Below, piece after piece: positions 29,599 to 40,762 of a stretch of 64,000 nt of DNA. The notes under the pieces are model-generated. The model did no database searches, was not told the DNA's origin, and saw nothing but the letters and a program-made list of their open reading frames with translations. Within the stretch, counting starts at the first letter, position 1. Every line of letters starts with the position of its first letter. The position numbers were made by a program, and so were the translations under genes. The DNA comes from Polyangia bacterium (lineage in GTDB: Bacteria > Myxococcota_A > Polyangia > JAAYKL01), in assembly GCA_050287845.1 (NCBI GenBank), contig JBNKCR010000098.1, positions 64,001 to 128,000 on the forward strand, in the 5' to 3' direction.

Positions 29599-32500
29599 CT
29601 ATCCGCGTCCATGATTCAGAAAATAAATGCTGCGTTCCAGTATCTGGTCTCTGTCCAATTTGATGAGATACTCATCTATCCCCACTTCCTGACTCCGTGC
29701 TTCAGCAACTTCACCCATCACCGACGTCACAGCAATCGCCGGAATATTGGCAAATGCCGAATCCGATCTCATACGTTCCACCAAACCAAATCCGTCGAGA
29801 TTTGGCATTTCAATATCTGTGAGCACCAGATCCACGTGATTGTTTTTAAGAACATCAAGCGCCTCCAATCCATCTTCTGCAGTGAGCACTTGAAATCCAG
29901 CCTGCTCCACGGTACTTTTGATTTGATTCATAAAGAATCTGGAATCTTCGACCACGAGCACCTGCGGCACCACCGGTTCATCACTTGCTGTATTCGGTGT
30001 TTTATCAATATTATCGACCTGGAAAGGTTTCAGCCGTTTGGCGCTTCGGTTCACCCAGTCGGGAACGGTCTCCGTGACAATGGAGTGTATATCGAGCAGC
30101 AGGGTGATGCGGTCCTGAATAATCGCGGAACCGAATACTCCCGGTGCCCGGTGCGTCACTTCGTCAATACTGATGTCGGCATCAATCGTATCCACAATTA
30201 CCGAGCACATGATTCCAGCTTCTCGACCGGCAATTTTTGAGACCACTACAAAAAGCTGATCGTGTTCACGATCAATTGGGTCAACGGACACAACGTCTTC
30301 AATACCGAACAACATCAAACTGCCACCGCGATACTTAATCGTTCGTTTGCCGGCTACATTCTGAATTGTTTTCCATGCGACCTTTTCTACTCGTTCCACC
30401 AGTCCCAGCGGTATCGCCAGCACATCGTCCTTCGCATTTTCAATCAGAAGGAGGCTTTGTCGGTCTGTGCGGTTTAATTCATTCGCTTCTTCTTCTCGAT
30501 GCTTGCGAAGTTCCACTTCCGAAGTGTCCATCAACTCCATGACCTGACTGATTCCGACGACATCCAGAATCAATGCAGCACGACCATTCCCGAGCACTGT
30601 TGCACCAGCATAGCTTCGACAATCACTCAAGTGGCGTCCAAGTGGCTTCACAACAATTTCTTCCGAGTCAAGCAGCGTGTCTACAATGATGCCGTAGTTA
30701 AACTCTCCTGCTGAGACAACCGCGATATTCACTGCGCTCAACGGATGGGTTCTGCGTTCATCGGTTGAACGTTTGTCCTCTGAAAGGGTTCTCTGGTTCT
30801 CTGGATTCCGACGATCCGGCAACGCTTCTCGCTGGTCGATGATGTTGTCTCCGGTTTCCGGGTGTATAATCTGTTTTTTGGGAATGTTCAGCACGTCTCG
30901 TAAGTCGATCAACGGCAATAGTTCACCACGCAGTCGCATCACATTCACGGAACCCAATTTTTCGATAGTACTCGACACCCTGGCTGCCGGAATACGTTGA
31001 AGCTCCAATAAATTCATCTGGGGAATGGCAAAATGCTCTCCACCCACTTCCACCATCAGGCTTGGAAGTATCGCCAGGGTCAGGGGTAATTTCACTCGAA
31101 TAGTTGTTCCCTTTCCCTGTTCTGATTCCAGGTCCACCACGCCGCCGATATTCGACAGGTTCGAACTCACCACATCCATGCCAACACCACGTCCGGAAAT
31201 TTCGGTCACTTCTTTGGCTGTGGAAAATCCGGGTTTGAAAATGAGTCGTAGAATAGACTGTTCGGGCATGGCGTATAGTTCCTGGGGCGTATATAGCCCC
31301 ATCGTTACCGCCTTGTCCTTGATTTTGTTGGGGTCCAGCCCTTTGCCATCGTCGGTGACTTCAATGATCACCTGGCCTGCTTTGTGAAACGCAGACAACC
31401 TGAGATGTCCACAGGAGGGTTTCCCGGCTTTCACCCGATCGTTTGGCATTTCAATACCATGGTCCACAGCATTGCGGACGAGGTGGGTCAACGGATCACC
31501 AATTGCTTCGATAATGGTTTTATCCAGTTCGACTTCCTCGCCTTCGAGCTCAAGGTCAATTTCCTTTCCCAGGTCTCTGCTCATATCGTGGACAACTCTT
31601 CGGAATTTATTGAATACAATGCCTACCGACTGCATCCGGGTGGACATGATGGCGTCCTGCAATTCCGTGGTAATTGTATCGACTCGTTGTGCTGCCCGGT
31701 GCAATTTTTTTTCATCATCGTTGTTCAACAGATTCTGCAATAATTGGTTCCTGGTAAGCACCATTTCGCCGGCGAGGGTCATCAGTGTATCCAGAATTTT
31801 CACATTCACACGGATACTGCCTTCGGATTTATTTTTTCTTGCGTTTGCCGGTGTGCTTTTACCGCCGGCTTCAGCCTCTCTGGTGGATTGTTTTTCATTA
31901 TAGTCCACTTTGTTCTCCCTGTGCTGTGCGGCCTCGGTCCTCTCGGTTCTGTCTTCTACCTGCGCAGATACCTGCGCAGAGGTTGGTGCTGCGGGGCTGG
32001 GAATTTCTGCGCCGAAATCGCTACTGTTCAGCAGTCGAAGATTCTGGACATTCAATTCCAGAAAAGTTGACAGTAAATCGTTGTCCATAATGGTAGATAA
32101 CAGCACATATCCAACGGGCGAACCGTTGGAGGCTGAATCCGCGAGATTGGAATCGATGATGAATACCAGTTGATTCAATTCGCTCAGAATGTCATCAACA
32201 GTTTTACCCTTGAGTGTAATGTCGTTTTTCAAGTCAAATTTGATGACATATACATATGAACCGCCTTTGGACTCCAGAGTGGCCTTCCTTAGCGCTTCTT
32301 TACTTATGTGGAACACCTCATTGCCATCATCATCTGTAACCCGAAGTTCATCATCCGCCAGCTTTCTGGGTGCCGGAGTATTCTGAGACGCAGATGCTGG
32401 ATGCGGAGTATCGGGAGATTCTGCTGGTTTGTTGACGTTCTTAACCGGATCTTCCGGCTTATTGGGTGCCGGTTGTGTCGGGGATGGCGCGGAGGGAATC

Positions 32501-32976
32501 AAGGGGGTATCCGGCATGGGGGCCGCTTTTCCTGCAACCGAAGCACCTGATGTGTCCTCAGGTGCGGCGCCGCGCTGGGTCGACTGTGCGGACGGCTCGA
32601 GAATGTGCTGCAGACCTGCCATTGGGACGCTGATGTCTATGGCGTCCATTTCGCCGGGATGCGCCATCATCTCGTTGAGGACATCCACTGATTGAAGAAG
32701 AACTGCGACTATTTCGCGAGTGGGGATGAGCTCTTTCTTTCTTATTTTTCCGAGTACATTCTCTGTGTTGTGGGCCAGAACTTTTGTGCTGTCCAGACCA
32801 AAGAAACCCGCTGCACCTTTAATAGAATGGATGGCGCGAAATACCTTGTTGATCAAGTCATCATCGATATTCTCTCCCTGTTCCTCAAGGGTGAGCAGAT
32901 TATCTTCAATTCCTTCCAGATGCTCTTTCGATTCTTCGATGAAAATCTCAATTAATTCATCATCTTGTTCGGTCAT
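29599..32976 (-). CDS. cheA: Hybrid CheA kinase (Hpt, dimerisation, HATPase, two CheW domains, REC)
   Basis: FRAIHSIKG, DPLTHLVRNAVDHGIE, DDGKG, PGFST, SGRGVGMDVV, two CheW-like domains, C-terminal VVEDS and LTDIEMP receiver. Confidence 0.96.
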   Translation of the reverse strand: MTEQDDELIEIFIEESKEHLEGIEDNLLTLEEQGENIDDDLINKVFRAIHSIKGAAGFFGLDSTKVLAHNTENVLGKIRKKELIPTREIVAVLLQSVDVLNEMMAHPGEMDAIDISVPMAGLQHILEPSAQSTQRGAAPEDTSGASVAGKAAPMPDTPLIPSAPSPTQPAPNKPEDPVKNVNKPAESPDTPHPASASQNTPAPRKLADDELRVTDDDGNEVFHISKEALRKATLESKGGSYVYVIKFDLKNDITLKGKTVDDILSELNQLVFIIDSNLADSASNGSPVGYVLLSTIMDNDLLSTFLELNVQNLRLLNSSDFGAEIPSPAAPTSAQVSAQVEDRTERTEAAQHRENKVDYNEKQSTREAEAGGKSTPANARKNKSEGSIRVNVKILDTLMTLAGEMVLTRNQLLQNLLNNDDEKKLHRAAQRVDTITTELQDAIMSTRMQSVGIVFNKFRRVVHDMSRDLGKEIDLELEGEEVELDKTIIEAIGDPLTHLVRNAVDHGIEMPNDRVKAGKPSCGHLRLSAFHKAGQVIIEVTDDGKGLDPNKIKDKAVTMGLYTPQELYAMPEQSILRLIFKPGFSTAKEVTEISGRGVGMDVVSSNLSNIGGVVDLESEQGKGTTIRVKLPLTLAILPSLMVEVGGEHFAIPQMNLLELQRIPAARVSSTIEKLGSVNVMRLRGELLPLIDLRDVLNIPKKQIIHPETGDNIIDQREALPDRRNPENQRTLSEDKRSTDERRTHPLSAVNIAVVSAGEFNYGIIVDTLLDSEEIVVKPLGRHLSDCRSYAGATVLGNGRAALILDVVGISQVMELMDTSEVELRKHREEEANELNRTDRQSLLLIENAKDDVLAIPLGLVERVEKVAWKTIQNVAGKRTIKYRGGSLMLFGIEDVVSVDPIDREHDQLFVVVSKIAGREAGIMCSVIVDTIDADISIDEVTHRAPGVFGSAIIQDRITLLLDIHSIVTETVPDWVNRSAKRLKPFQVDNIDKTPNTASDEPVVPQVLVVEDSRFFMNQIKSTVEQAGFQVLTAEDGLEALDVLKNNHVDLVLTDIEMPNLDGFGLVERMRSDSAFANIPAIAVTSVMGEVAEARSQEVGIDEYLIKLDRDQILERSIYFLNHGRG

Positions 32977-33359
32977 TTGTCCACCTGTTGTAAACCGCGT
33001 AATGGTATCGACTTTGGCAATGTCTTTTCGCCAGTTATATTGGTAGATTACGGACGTGGAGGCCGATGCTTAATAGCGGCGAAGAAAATTTGGTTCATGT
33101 CCGGAATACCTTGATTTTTCAACGCATAAAAGTGTATGCGGAATCATATTGTGACAAACGGGTATTGAATTACTTGATATTGAATGCGATCGGACACATA
33201 AAGGTGACAGTGATAATCAATTTAACTTGCGAAGCATTGTTTCGAAAACTTGATTAGTCCAGTTGCCGCTTAACAAATCCTGTTGTATTTGTCCGGCAAC
33301 CTGCTAATGTGCGGAAAATTTTTTTTGGCTTCTACCAATTAAGAACAAAGGTGAATCAG

Positions 33360-34745
33360 ATGGGGAATACAGGCCCTGCGCAACACAAAGCAAAACGTGG
33401 ATTGGATTTGCCGATAACGGGCAAACCCACAGGCAGTGATGTCCTACAGATCCCATGCACGAGAGTGGCGGTTCTGGCGGACGATTACGTCGGATTGAAA
33501 CCATCAATGAAAGTCAGGGAAGGAGACTTGGTGAAACGCGGTCAGGCGCTGTTTGAAGATCGGAAAACGCCGGGCGTCGTGGTCACGTCCCCCGGAGCCG
33601 GTACAGTCGTGGCCGTGAATCGCGGGGAGCGCCGGGCACTTCAGTCCGTGGTGATTGAATTGAGCAGTGCGGATGGTTCGGATGACGGTGAAATGGTATA
33701 TTCCGCCTATCAGGCCGCGAGCGAATCCGAACTGGACAGGCCGGCGCTTGTGAAGCTGCTTCTGGAATCCGGAATGTGGACAGCATTCCGCATGCGTCCC
33801 TATTCTAAAGTACCTGCACCGGAAAGTACCCCTGCGGCAATTTTTGTCACCGCAATGGACTCCAATCCACTTGCCGCCTCTCCGGAGGAAATCATTTCCC
33901 GAAAAAAAGAGGCAATGGAAGCCGGGTTGGCGGCGCTGAAAACCCTGGCGAACGGCAAACCGGTGTTCTTTTGCAAAGCAGCAGGTGCATCGATGCCCGT
34001 GGAAAACCTGCATGGCGCTGAGGTCCACGAGTTTTCCGGTAAGCATCCGGCCGGAACCGTTGGGTTTCATATTCATCGCATCATGCCGGTAGATAGAAAC
34101 AGAATGGTCTGGTACCTCGGGTATCAGGATGTGATTGCCATCGGTTCTCTGGTTCGAAGTGGTCGATTGGACGTGAGCCGAGTGGTCAGTCTGGCGGGGC
34201 CGGCCGCCAAATCGCCCACTCTCGTTGAAACGCGGATTGGCGCCAGTGTAGACGAGCTTGTCAGCGAACAGCGAAAAAGCGTCGATGTGGCCGTGATTTC
34301 CGGTTCCATTTTCGCTGGAAGGTCGGCGACGGGTGACGTCCACGGATATCTGGGCCGGTATCACAACCAGATATCGCTTCTCGAAAATGATTTTGGCCGT
34401 CGATTTATCGGCTGGCTCGCACCTGGGTTCAACAGATTTTCTGTTACCCGTCTGTTCGGTGCGGCGCTCACTCCCGGAAAAAAATTCGATTTTACTACCG
34501 ACCGGTTCGGCGGGCATCGAACCCCGGTACCGTTCGGCGTCTATGATAAGGTGATGGCGTTCGACTTGATGCCGGTATTTTTGATTCGGGCGCTCCTCAG
34601 CAAAGATCTGGAAGGTGCGGAACAGTTGGGGGCATTGGAGCTGGACGAGGAGGACGTGGCGCTGTTGACCTTTGTGTGTCCGTCTAAAAACGAGTACGGC
34701 GGCGAATTGCGCGAAGTACTCACACAGATTGAAAAGGAAGGCTGA
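33360..34745 (+). CDS. nqrA: Na+-translocating NADH:quinone reductase subunit A
   Basis: KRGLDLPITG, HPAGTVG, LELDEEDVALLTFVCPSK, C-terminal IEKEG. Confidence 0.96.
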   Translation: MGNTGPAQHKAKRGLDLPITGKPTGSDVLQIPCTRVAVLADDYVGLKPSMKVREGDLVKRGQALFEDRKTPGVVVTSPGAGTVVAVNRGERRALQSVVIELSSADGSDDGEMVYSAYQAASESELDRPALVKLLLESGMWTAFRMRPYSKVPAPESTPAAIFVTAMDSNPLAASPEEIISRKKEAMEAGLAALKTLANGKPVFFCKAAGASMPVENLHGAEVHEFSGKHPAGTVGFHIHRIMPVDRNRMVWYLGYQDVIAIGSLVRSGRLDVSRVVSLAGPAAKSPTLVETRIGASVDELVSEQRKSVDVAVISGSIFAGRSATGDVHGYLGRYHNQISLLENDFGRRFIGWLAPGFNRFSVTRLFGAALTPGKKFDFTTDRFGGHRTPVPFGVYDKVMAFDLMPVFLIRALLSKDLEGAEQLGALELDEEDVALLTFVCPSKNEYGGELREVLTQIEKEG

Positions 34746-34746
34746 A

Positions 34747-35973
34747 ATGCTCAGAAAGTTTCTGGATAAACAGGGAAAAGCCTTCGCAAAGGGCGGCAGA
34801 TTCGAAAAGCTGTATCCGCTCTATGAGGCCATCGATACATTTTTATACACTCCGGGAGCGGTCGCCAAAAAGGCATCGTTTGTTCGCGATGCGGTAGACC
34901 TGAAGCGAATGATGTTCACGGTGGTGATCGCGATGACGCCGGCGATTCTGTTTGGCATTTACAACACCGGGTATCAGGCGAACCTGGCGATGGCGTCGGG
35001 ATTGAGTGCACTGGACAACTGGCATACGGCCCTGGTCGAAATGCTGGGTATCGGCTTTGCCCCCGATAATCTGATTGCCTGTTTCGTGCACGGACTGATT
35101 TACTATTTGCCTATCCTCATCGTCACCTTCGCGGTGGGCGGGTTCTGGGAGGTGTTGTTCGCGGCGGTTCGTAAACATGAGGTTAACGAGGGATTTTTTG
35201 TTACAGGGATGCTGATTCCCATGCTCGTGCCCGCGACCATTCCTCTCTGGCAGGTCGCGGTGGCCACCTCATTTGGTATTGTCATCGGCAAGGAAGTATT
35301 TGGCGGCGTGGGATACAATATTCTGAACCCGGCGCTGACTGCCCGCGCGTTTCTGTTCTTTGCGTATCCTGGAGAAATTTCGGGAAATTCCGTATGGGTC
35401 GCCGTCGACGGATTCACCTCCGCGACACCGCTGGCCCTTGTTGCGGAGCAGGGCATGGGCGCATTGAACACCACAATCCAGATTGCAGGAAACGATTTCA
35501 GCATGTGGATGGCCTCCTTCCTCGGATTCATTCCGGGCAGCTTTGGTGAAACCTCCACCCTTGCGGCGCTTGTCGGTGCATTTATTCTGATTGTGACAGG
35601 TGTCGCCTCGTGGCGGATTATGATTTCAGTGGTGATTGGCGCGTTTGCCATGTCGTCGATTCTGAATGCTGTGGGTTCGGAGACCAACATGATGATATCT
35701 ATGCCGTTTCACTGGCACCTGGTGGTGGGCGGATTTGCTTTTGGAACAGTCTTTATGGCCACTGACCCGGTGACCGCGCCAGCGTCCAATACCGCCCGGG
35801 TCATTTACGGTGTGCTGATTGGTGTTCTGGTGGTGCTGGTACGCTCGGTGAATCCGGCATACCCGGAGGGTATGATGCTCTCCATTCTCCTGATGAACGT
35901 GTTCGCGCCCCTCATTGATTATTACGTGGTGAAGGCGCACAAAAAGAAAAGGATGGCAAGATATGTCGGCTAA
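34747..35973 (+). CDS. nqrB: Na+-NQR subunit B
   Basis: RDAVDLKRMM, HEVNEGF, GKEVFGG, DGFTSATPL FMN site, MATDPV, YPEGMM. Confidence 0.97.
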   Translation: MLRKFLDKQGKAFAKGGRFEKLYPLYEAIDTFLYTPGAVAKKASFVRDAVDLKRMMFTVVIAMTPAILFGIYNTGYQANLAMASGLSALDNWHTALVEMLGIGFAPDNLIACFVHGLIYYLPILIVTFAVGGFWEVLFAAVRKHEVNEGFFVTGMLIPMLVPATIPLWQVAVATSFGIVIGKEVFGGVGYNILNPALTARAFLFFAYPGEISGNSVWVAVDGFTSATPLALVAEQGMGALNTTIQIAGNDFSMWMASFLGFIPGSFGETSTLAALVGAFILIVTGVASWRIMISVVIGAFAMSSILNAVGSETNMMISMPFHWHLVVGGFAFGTVFMATDPVTAPASNTARVIYGVLIGVLVVLVRSVNPAYPEGMMLSILLMNVFAPLIDYYVVKAHKKKRMARYVG

Positions 35974-36742
35974 ACATGGAACTGCATACACAATGGGGTT
36001 TGCAGCGGCTGTCTGCCTTGTATGCTCCGTTTTTGTCTGTCTGTCGGCTGTGGCGTTGAAGGAACGACAGGATCAGAACAAAAAGCTCGATGAACAGAAA
36101 AACGTACTGAAAGCCGCTGGACTGCTCGGCGCTGATGAGGATGCGGATGCGGCGAAAATCAGCGAGTTGTACCAGTCGGTGGAATCGGTGGTGGTCGATT
36201 TGAAGACCGGCGAAGTCCAGAAGGATATCAACGCGGCCAGCGTGGATATGCGCGCGGAGGTTGCGGACAATGCCAGCAGCTATGCGGCGCCGTCGAACGA
36301 TGCCAAAGTACTGCGCCTGCCCAATCACGCCGTGGTATACGAAGTGGTGCAAGACGGCAAACCATCCATGATCATTCTTCCGGTAAGTGGAAAGGGATTG
36401 TGGTCCACGCTGTACGGGTTCCTCGCCCTTGATGTGGATACCACGACCGTCAAGGGTGTTTCCTTCTACGAGCACGGGGAAACTCCCGGGCTTGGTGGCG
36501 AGATTGAGAACCCGAGCTGGACAGCCCTGTGGAAAGGCCGAAAAGTGTTCGATGATTCATTTACGCCCGTGTTCAAAGTGAAAAAAGGGGTTGCGGGTCC
36601 TGCGGAAGAGTCGCCCCACGAAGTGGATGGCCTCTCCGGAGCGACTCTTACGGGAAAAGGGGTGACTGCTCTGGTGAATTTCTGGGTAGGTGAAGACGGT
36701 TTCGGTCCTTTCCTTGAGAAATTCCGGAAAGGAGGTAACTGA
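35963..36742 (+). CDS. nqrC: Na+-NQR subunit C
   Basis: [31 protein letters not shown] site. Confidence 0.96.
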   Translation: MSAKHGTAYTMGFAAAVCLVCSVFVCLSAVALKERQDQNKKLDEQKNVLKAAGLLGADEDADAAKISELYQSVESVVVDLKTGEVQKDINAASVDMRAEVADNASSYAAPSNDAKVLRLPNHAVVYEVVQDGKPSMIILPVSGKGLWSTLYGFLALDVDTTTVKGVSFYEHGETPGLGGEIENPSWTALWKGRKVFDDSFTPVFKVKKGVAGPAEESPHEVDGLSGATLTGKGVTALVNFWVGEDGFGPFLEKFRKGGN

Positions 36743-36743
36743 A

Positions 36744-37367
36744 ATGGCTTCGAAAACCAGAGAAATTCTGCTCGATCCGTTGTTTGACAATAATCCGATT
36801 GCTGCTCAGGTACTCGGAATCTGTTCTGCGCTGGCGGTCACCACCCAGATGTCCGCTTCCATCGTGATGGCTGTCGCGCTCACCGTGGTGACCGGGTTTT
36901 CCAGTCTGAGTGTGAGTCTGATTCGCAATTATATTCCGGCCAATATCCGGATTATCGTGCAGTTGACCATTATTGCCTCGCTGGTGATTGTTACCGACCA
37001 GGTGTTGAAGGCGTTTGTTTTTGACATCAGCAAGCAACTCTCGGTGTTTGTCGGTCTCATCATTACCAACTGTATCGTGATGGGACGCGCGGAAGCGTTT
37101 GCCATGCAGCGTAAACCCGTCGAAAGCTTTATCGATGGTATCGGGAACGGGTTCGGTTATAGTTTCTTCCTGCTGATGACCGGGTTTTTCCGAGAACTGC
37201 TTGGATCCGGCAAACTGCTGGGTCATTCGATTCTGCCGTTGACCAAAGACGGTGGATGGTACACCCCCAATGGTCTGATGGTGCTTGCCCCGGGCGCATT
37301 TTTTGTGATTGGCCTGTCAATATGGGCACTGCGAACCTGGAAGCCCATGTTGAAAGAGAAGGAGTAG
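36744..37367 (+). CDS. nqrD: Na+-NQR subunit D
   Basis: [18 protein letters not shown] and [16 protein letters not shown]. Confidence 0.96.
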   Translation: MASKTREILLDPLFDNNPIAAQVLGICSALAVTTQMSASIVMAVALTVVTGFSSLSVSLIRNYIPANIRIIVQLTIIASLVIVTDQVLKAFVFDISKQLSVFVGLIITNCIVMGRAEAFAMQRKPVESFIDGIGNGFGYSFFLLMTGFFRELLGSGKLLGHSILPLTKDGGWYTPNGLMVLAPGAFFVIGLSIWALRTWKPMLKEKE

Positions 37368-37370
37368 GGC

Positions 37371-37988
37371 ATGCTCGAACATTATTTAAGTCTGTCACTC
37401 AAGGCTGTGTTTGTTGAGAATATGGCGCTCGCCTTTTTTCTTGGCATGTGCTCGTTTCTCGCCGTTTCGAGAAAAGTGGATACTGCTGTGGGACTGGGCA
37501 TTGCTGTCACATTCGTGCTTACAGTCACCATGCCCCTGAACTCGCTCATTTATCGCGGGTTTCTGACGAGTGGCGCCATGGGATGGATTCATCCGTCGCT
37601 GGCAAACGTGGATTTGTCATTTCTCAGTTTTCTCACCTTTATCGGCACCATTGCCGCCGTGGTACAGATTGTGGAAATGGCATTGGACAAATATGTGCCA
37701 GCCCTCTACAGCGCACTGGGCGTGTTTCTGCCATTGATTGCGGTGAACTGCGCCATTCTTGGCGCATCTCTCTTTATGGTGGAACGCAGCTACACCCCTG
37801 GGGAAAGTCTGGTCTTCGGGTTCGGTTCCGGACTTGGCTGGTTGCTCGCTATCGCTGCACTGGCGGCTATTCGGGAAAGACTGAAGTTCAACAATATTCC
37901 AAGTGGTCTGCAGGGACTCGGAATCACATTTTTAATTACCGGCCTGATGGCAATTGCATTCATGGCCTTTGCGGGCATCCAGCTGTGA
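37371..37988 (+). CDS. nqrE: Na+-NQR subunit E
   Basis: [16 protein letters not shown] and [13 protein letters not shown]. Confidence 0.96.
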   Translation: MLEHYLSLSLKAVFVENMALAFFLGMCSFLAVSRKVDTAVGLGIAVTFVLTVTMPLNSLIYRGFLTSGAMGWIHPSLANVDLSFLSFLTFIGTIAAVVQIVEMALDKYVPALYSALGVFLPLIAVNCAILGASLFMVERSYTPGESLVFGFGSGLGWLLAIAALAAIRERLKFNNIPSGLQGLGITFLITGLMAIAFMAFAGIQL

Positions 37989-38005
37989 CGGAGAGGAAGT
38001 AGACT

Positions 38006-39229
38006 ATGCAGGTAATTATATTTGGTGTTGCCATGTTCGTGACCGTCATTCTGTTACTGGTCGTCGTACTGCTTGCTGCCAAAAAGTTGATGGTTGCCCA
38101 GGGCAATGTGAAACTGCTGATCAACGGTGACGACAAGCTTACCAGGGAAGTGAATGCCGGTGCCACACTCCTTGACACCCTGGGACAGCAAAAGATTTTC
38201 ATTCCCTCTGCATGTGGCGGTCAGGGGACCTGTGGCGTGTGTAAAATTCAGGTGTTCGAAGGTGGCGGTGCATTACTGCCCACCGAAGCGGGGCACGTGA
38301 ATCGCAAAGAAGCCCGGGAAGGGGTTCGCCTGTCCTGCCAGGTTAAAGTGAAACAGGATATGAAGCTCGGTATTCCTGACGAGATATTCAACGTTCGAAA
38401 ATGGCAGTGCAAGGTTCGGTCAAATCATAATGTTGCCACATTTATCAAGGAGCTGGTGCTGGAGTTGCCAGCGGGAGAAGCGGTCCCATTTCGGGCGGGT
38501 GGATATATTCAGATTGAGGCGCCACCCCATCTGATCAAGTACAGCGATTTTAACATCGAAACAGAGTATCGCAGTGATTGGGACAAATTTAATATGTGGC
38601 GATTCGTCTCCAAAGTGTCCGAAGAAACGACCCGCGCGTATTCCATGGCCAATTATCCCGAAGAACACGGCATCATCATGCTGAATGTGCGAATTGCATC
38701 GCCGCCGCCGGGACAACCGGATGCGCCTCCGGGAATCATGTCGTCCTATATTTTCAATCTCAAGCCAGGGGATGAAGTGACCATCTCCGGTCCATACGGC
38801 GAGTTTTTCGCCAAAAAGACGGAGAAGGAAATGTGTTTCATTGGCGGAGGTGCCGGAATGGCGCCCATGCGCTCGCATATCTTCGATCAACTGAAAAGGA
38901 TTCACTCCGACCGTAAAATCACATACTGGTACGGTGCCCGAAGCCGTAGGGAATCATTCTACGACGATGAGTTCGATCAGTTGCAGGCAGAGAATCCCAA
39001 TTTTACCTGGCATCTGGCCCTCTCGGAGCCGCTCCCTGAAGACAACTGGGATGGACCGGTGGGTTTCATTCACCAGGTATTGTATGATAACTATCTGAAA
39101 GCTCATGAAGCCCCGGAAGAAATTGAGTATTATCTCTGCGGTCCCCCCATGATGAATGATGCAGTGACCAACATGCTGCTCGATTTGGGGGTTGAGCGCG
39201 AAAATATCATGTATGACGATTTCGGTTGA
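38006..39229 (+). CDS. nqrF: Na+-NQR subunit F
   Basis: [12 protein letters not shown] 2Fe-2S motif, [25 protein letters not shown]-terminal DDFG. Confidence 0.97.
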   Translation: MQVIIFGVAMFVTVILLLVVVLLAAKKLMVAQGNVKLLINGDDKLTREVNAGATLLDTLGQQKIFIPSACGGQGTCGVCKIQVFEGGGALLPTEAGHVNRKEAREGVRLSCQVKVKQDMKLGIPDEIFNVRKWQCKVRSNHNVATFIKELVLELPAGEAVPFRAGGYIQIEAPPHLIKYSDFNIETEYRSDWDKFNMWRFVSKVSEETTRAYSMANYPEEHGIIMLNVRIASPPPGQPDAPPGIMSSYIFNLKPGDEVTISGPYGEFFAKKTEKEMCFIGGGAGMAPMRSHIFDQLKRIHSDRKITYWYGARSRRESFYDDEFDQLQAENPNFTWHLALSEPLPEDNWDGPVGFIHQVLYDNYLKAHEAPEEIEYYLCGPPMMNDAVTNMLLDLGVERENIMYDDFG

Positions 39230-39272
39230 TCTGTATTGATCTGTGGATGGTGAGTCCGGGACTGGCGGACAA

Positions 39273-39635
39273 CTATCTGCGGATTTTCAGATTGGTTTTT
39301 TCCTTGTGTTTTTCAAGGTGAATGGCCCGATTGTTTGCGGTTTGAGCAAATCGATTCACAATGTTCGGCAAATCTGAATTATCCCATACTTCCTTGAATG
39401 CTTCCGTGTTGAGCAACCGTTTATGTATCTGAAAGAGGGATTCACCCTCCACGGTGAATTGAAAGTCCTGTTGCTTCAATTGAAGATTTCCGTCAAATAT
39501 TTTTTTACAGAGTTCGCGAACAGCATAGTCAAAGAACTTCTCCACATCAGAAGAAGACTCCGCGCCGTTGATTTGGTTTCTGTACTGATGAACCAGATCG
39601 TTTTCAAATCGACTGTAGGAAATTTGTGTAGCCAT
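39273..39635 (-). CDS. Hypothetical helical protein
   Basis: 120-aa ORF with AAGGAGAG RBS filling the gap after nqrF; no motif recognised. Confidence 0.75.
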   Translation of the reverse strand: MATQISYSRFENDLVHQYRNQINGAESSSDVEKFFDYAVRELCKKIFDGNLQLKQQDFQFTVEGESLFQIHKRLLNTEAFKEVWDNSDLPNIVNRFAQTANNRAIHLEKHKEKTNLKIRR

Positions 39636-39953
39636 ACATCTCTCCTTTGCGGGGAACTGCGCCTGAGAACACCGACTGTGCCCTGTGTAGTTCCCGGTTG
39701 TTTGTTTTAAACGGAACTGCCAACGCGCAGTTGACTGCTGGACGGGTTCCGGATTTCAGTGAAAGGCATTCATATTTACCAGAAAGTTCTGCCATAGAAA
39801 AAACATATGCACGGATGAGTGTAACGCCAACCTGTGGTTGTCTTTTTTTCAACCTTGTTACGATGGGAAAAGAACGCAATATTTTGACGGTTGCGTAAAA
39901 ATGCATAAATACATATGTTGTGACCGGTGAAACAATGTCATGAGCGTGTTGAG

Positions 39954-40607
39954 ATGTCTGATTGTAATACTGTGATATTTGATTTCGATGGTACCCTGGT
40001 TGATTCCTTCGGGCTTTCCATGCGACTGAGCAATATGCTGGCGCCTCAGTATGGTTTTCGCACTGTGCAGGACAGCGAGGTTCCGACGCTGAAAAAGCTG
40101 TCATTACCGGAGTTGTTCAGACATCTTGAATTTCCCCTCTACAAGCTGCCGGTGATACTGGCCAAAGCCCGCAGGGAAATGGGGCAGGAAATCGAAGCAA
40201 TTCAGTTGTTTGAAGGTATCTGTCAGATGCTGGACAGATTACGCGCAGCAGGGATTCATCTCGGTATTGTCACGTCGAACTCCCTTGGCAATGTTCAGGC
40301 GTGCCTCGCCCGAAACGGGGTGATTGAGAAATTTGATTTCATCCACGCGGCGAAGAATCTGTTCGGCAAACATCGAGCGCTTCGAAAACTGATAAAAAAG
40401 CGGACGCTGTCCAGCGATTCTGTCATTTACGTGGGCGATGAAGGTCGGGATATTGAAGCATCCCGAAGGGTGAATATCCCGGTCATCGCTGTGTCCTGGG
40501 GGTTTCAGGATCGGGAACAGCTTCGGGTGATGTCACCCGATTTTCTGGCAGATATTCCAGCCGATATTGACGATTTTGTACTTTCATATTTCCACAAAAA
40601 GCAATAA
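39954..40607 (+). CDS. HAD-IA hydrolase (phosphoglycolate phosphatase-like)
   Basis: IFDFDGTLVDS, GIVTSN, YVGDEGRDI, VSWG. Confidence 0.9.
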   Translation: MSDCNTVIFDFDGTLVDSFGLSMRLSNMLAPQYGFRTVQDSEVPTLKKLSLPELFRHLEFPLYKLPVILAKARREMGQEIEAIQLFEGICQMLDRLRAAGIHLGIVTSNSLGNVQACLARNGVIEKFDFIHAAKNLFGKHRALRKLIKKRTLSSDSVIYVGDEGRDIEASRRVNIPVIAVSWGFQDREQLRVMSPDFLADIPADIDDFVLSYFHKKQ

Positions 40608-40762
40608 ACCGAACCACTGAAAATTTGGGTGTACTGCGAGGCAGGCGCAACGGGATGCATCAACCGAACCAGACGTTCAGATAAGAACTGCCTGCATTCA
40701 GGCAGGTATTTTGTCCTGTTGATATACGTTTGAGTCGTTATTCGGAAAGATTGAGAGGTCAA

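Noticed and set aside
33010..33036. TGGC...TTGC upstream of cheA as a sigma54 promoter
   Set aside because: GG to GC spacing is 12 nt, not the required 10.
33504..34517. Long antisense ORFs (337 aa opposite nqrA, 306 aa opposite the OmpA gene, the SESVS-repeat ORFs and similar)
   Set aside because: Shadow frames of well-supported genes or of the D(S/T) repeats, with no motifs of their own.
39645..39700. ACACAGGGCACA...GCAAAG on the minus strand as a c-di-GMP-I riboswitch
   Set aside because: Lacks the GNRA-capped P2 stem and the downstream P3/receptor elements; kept only as an unassigned structured leader.
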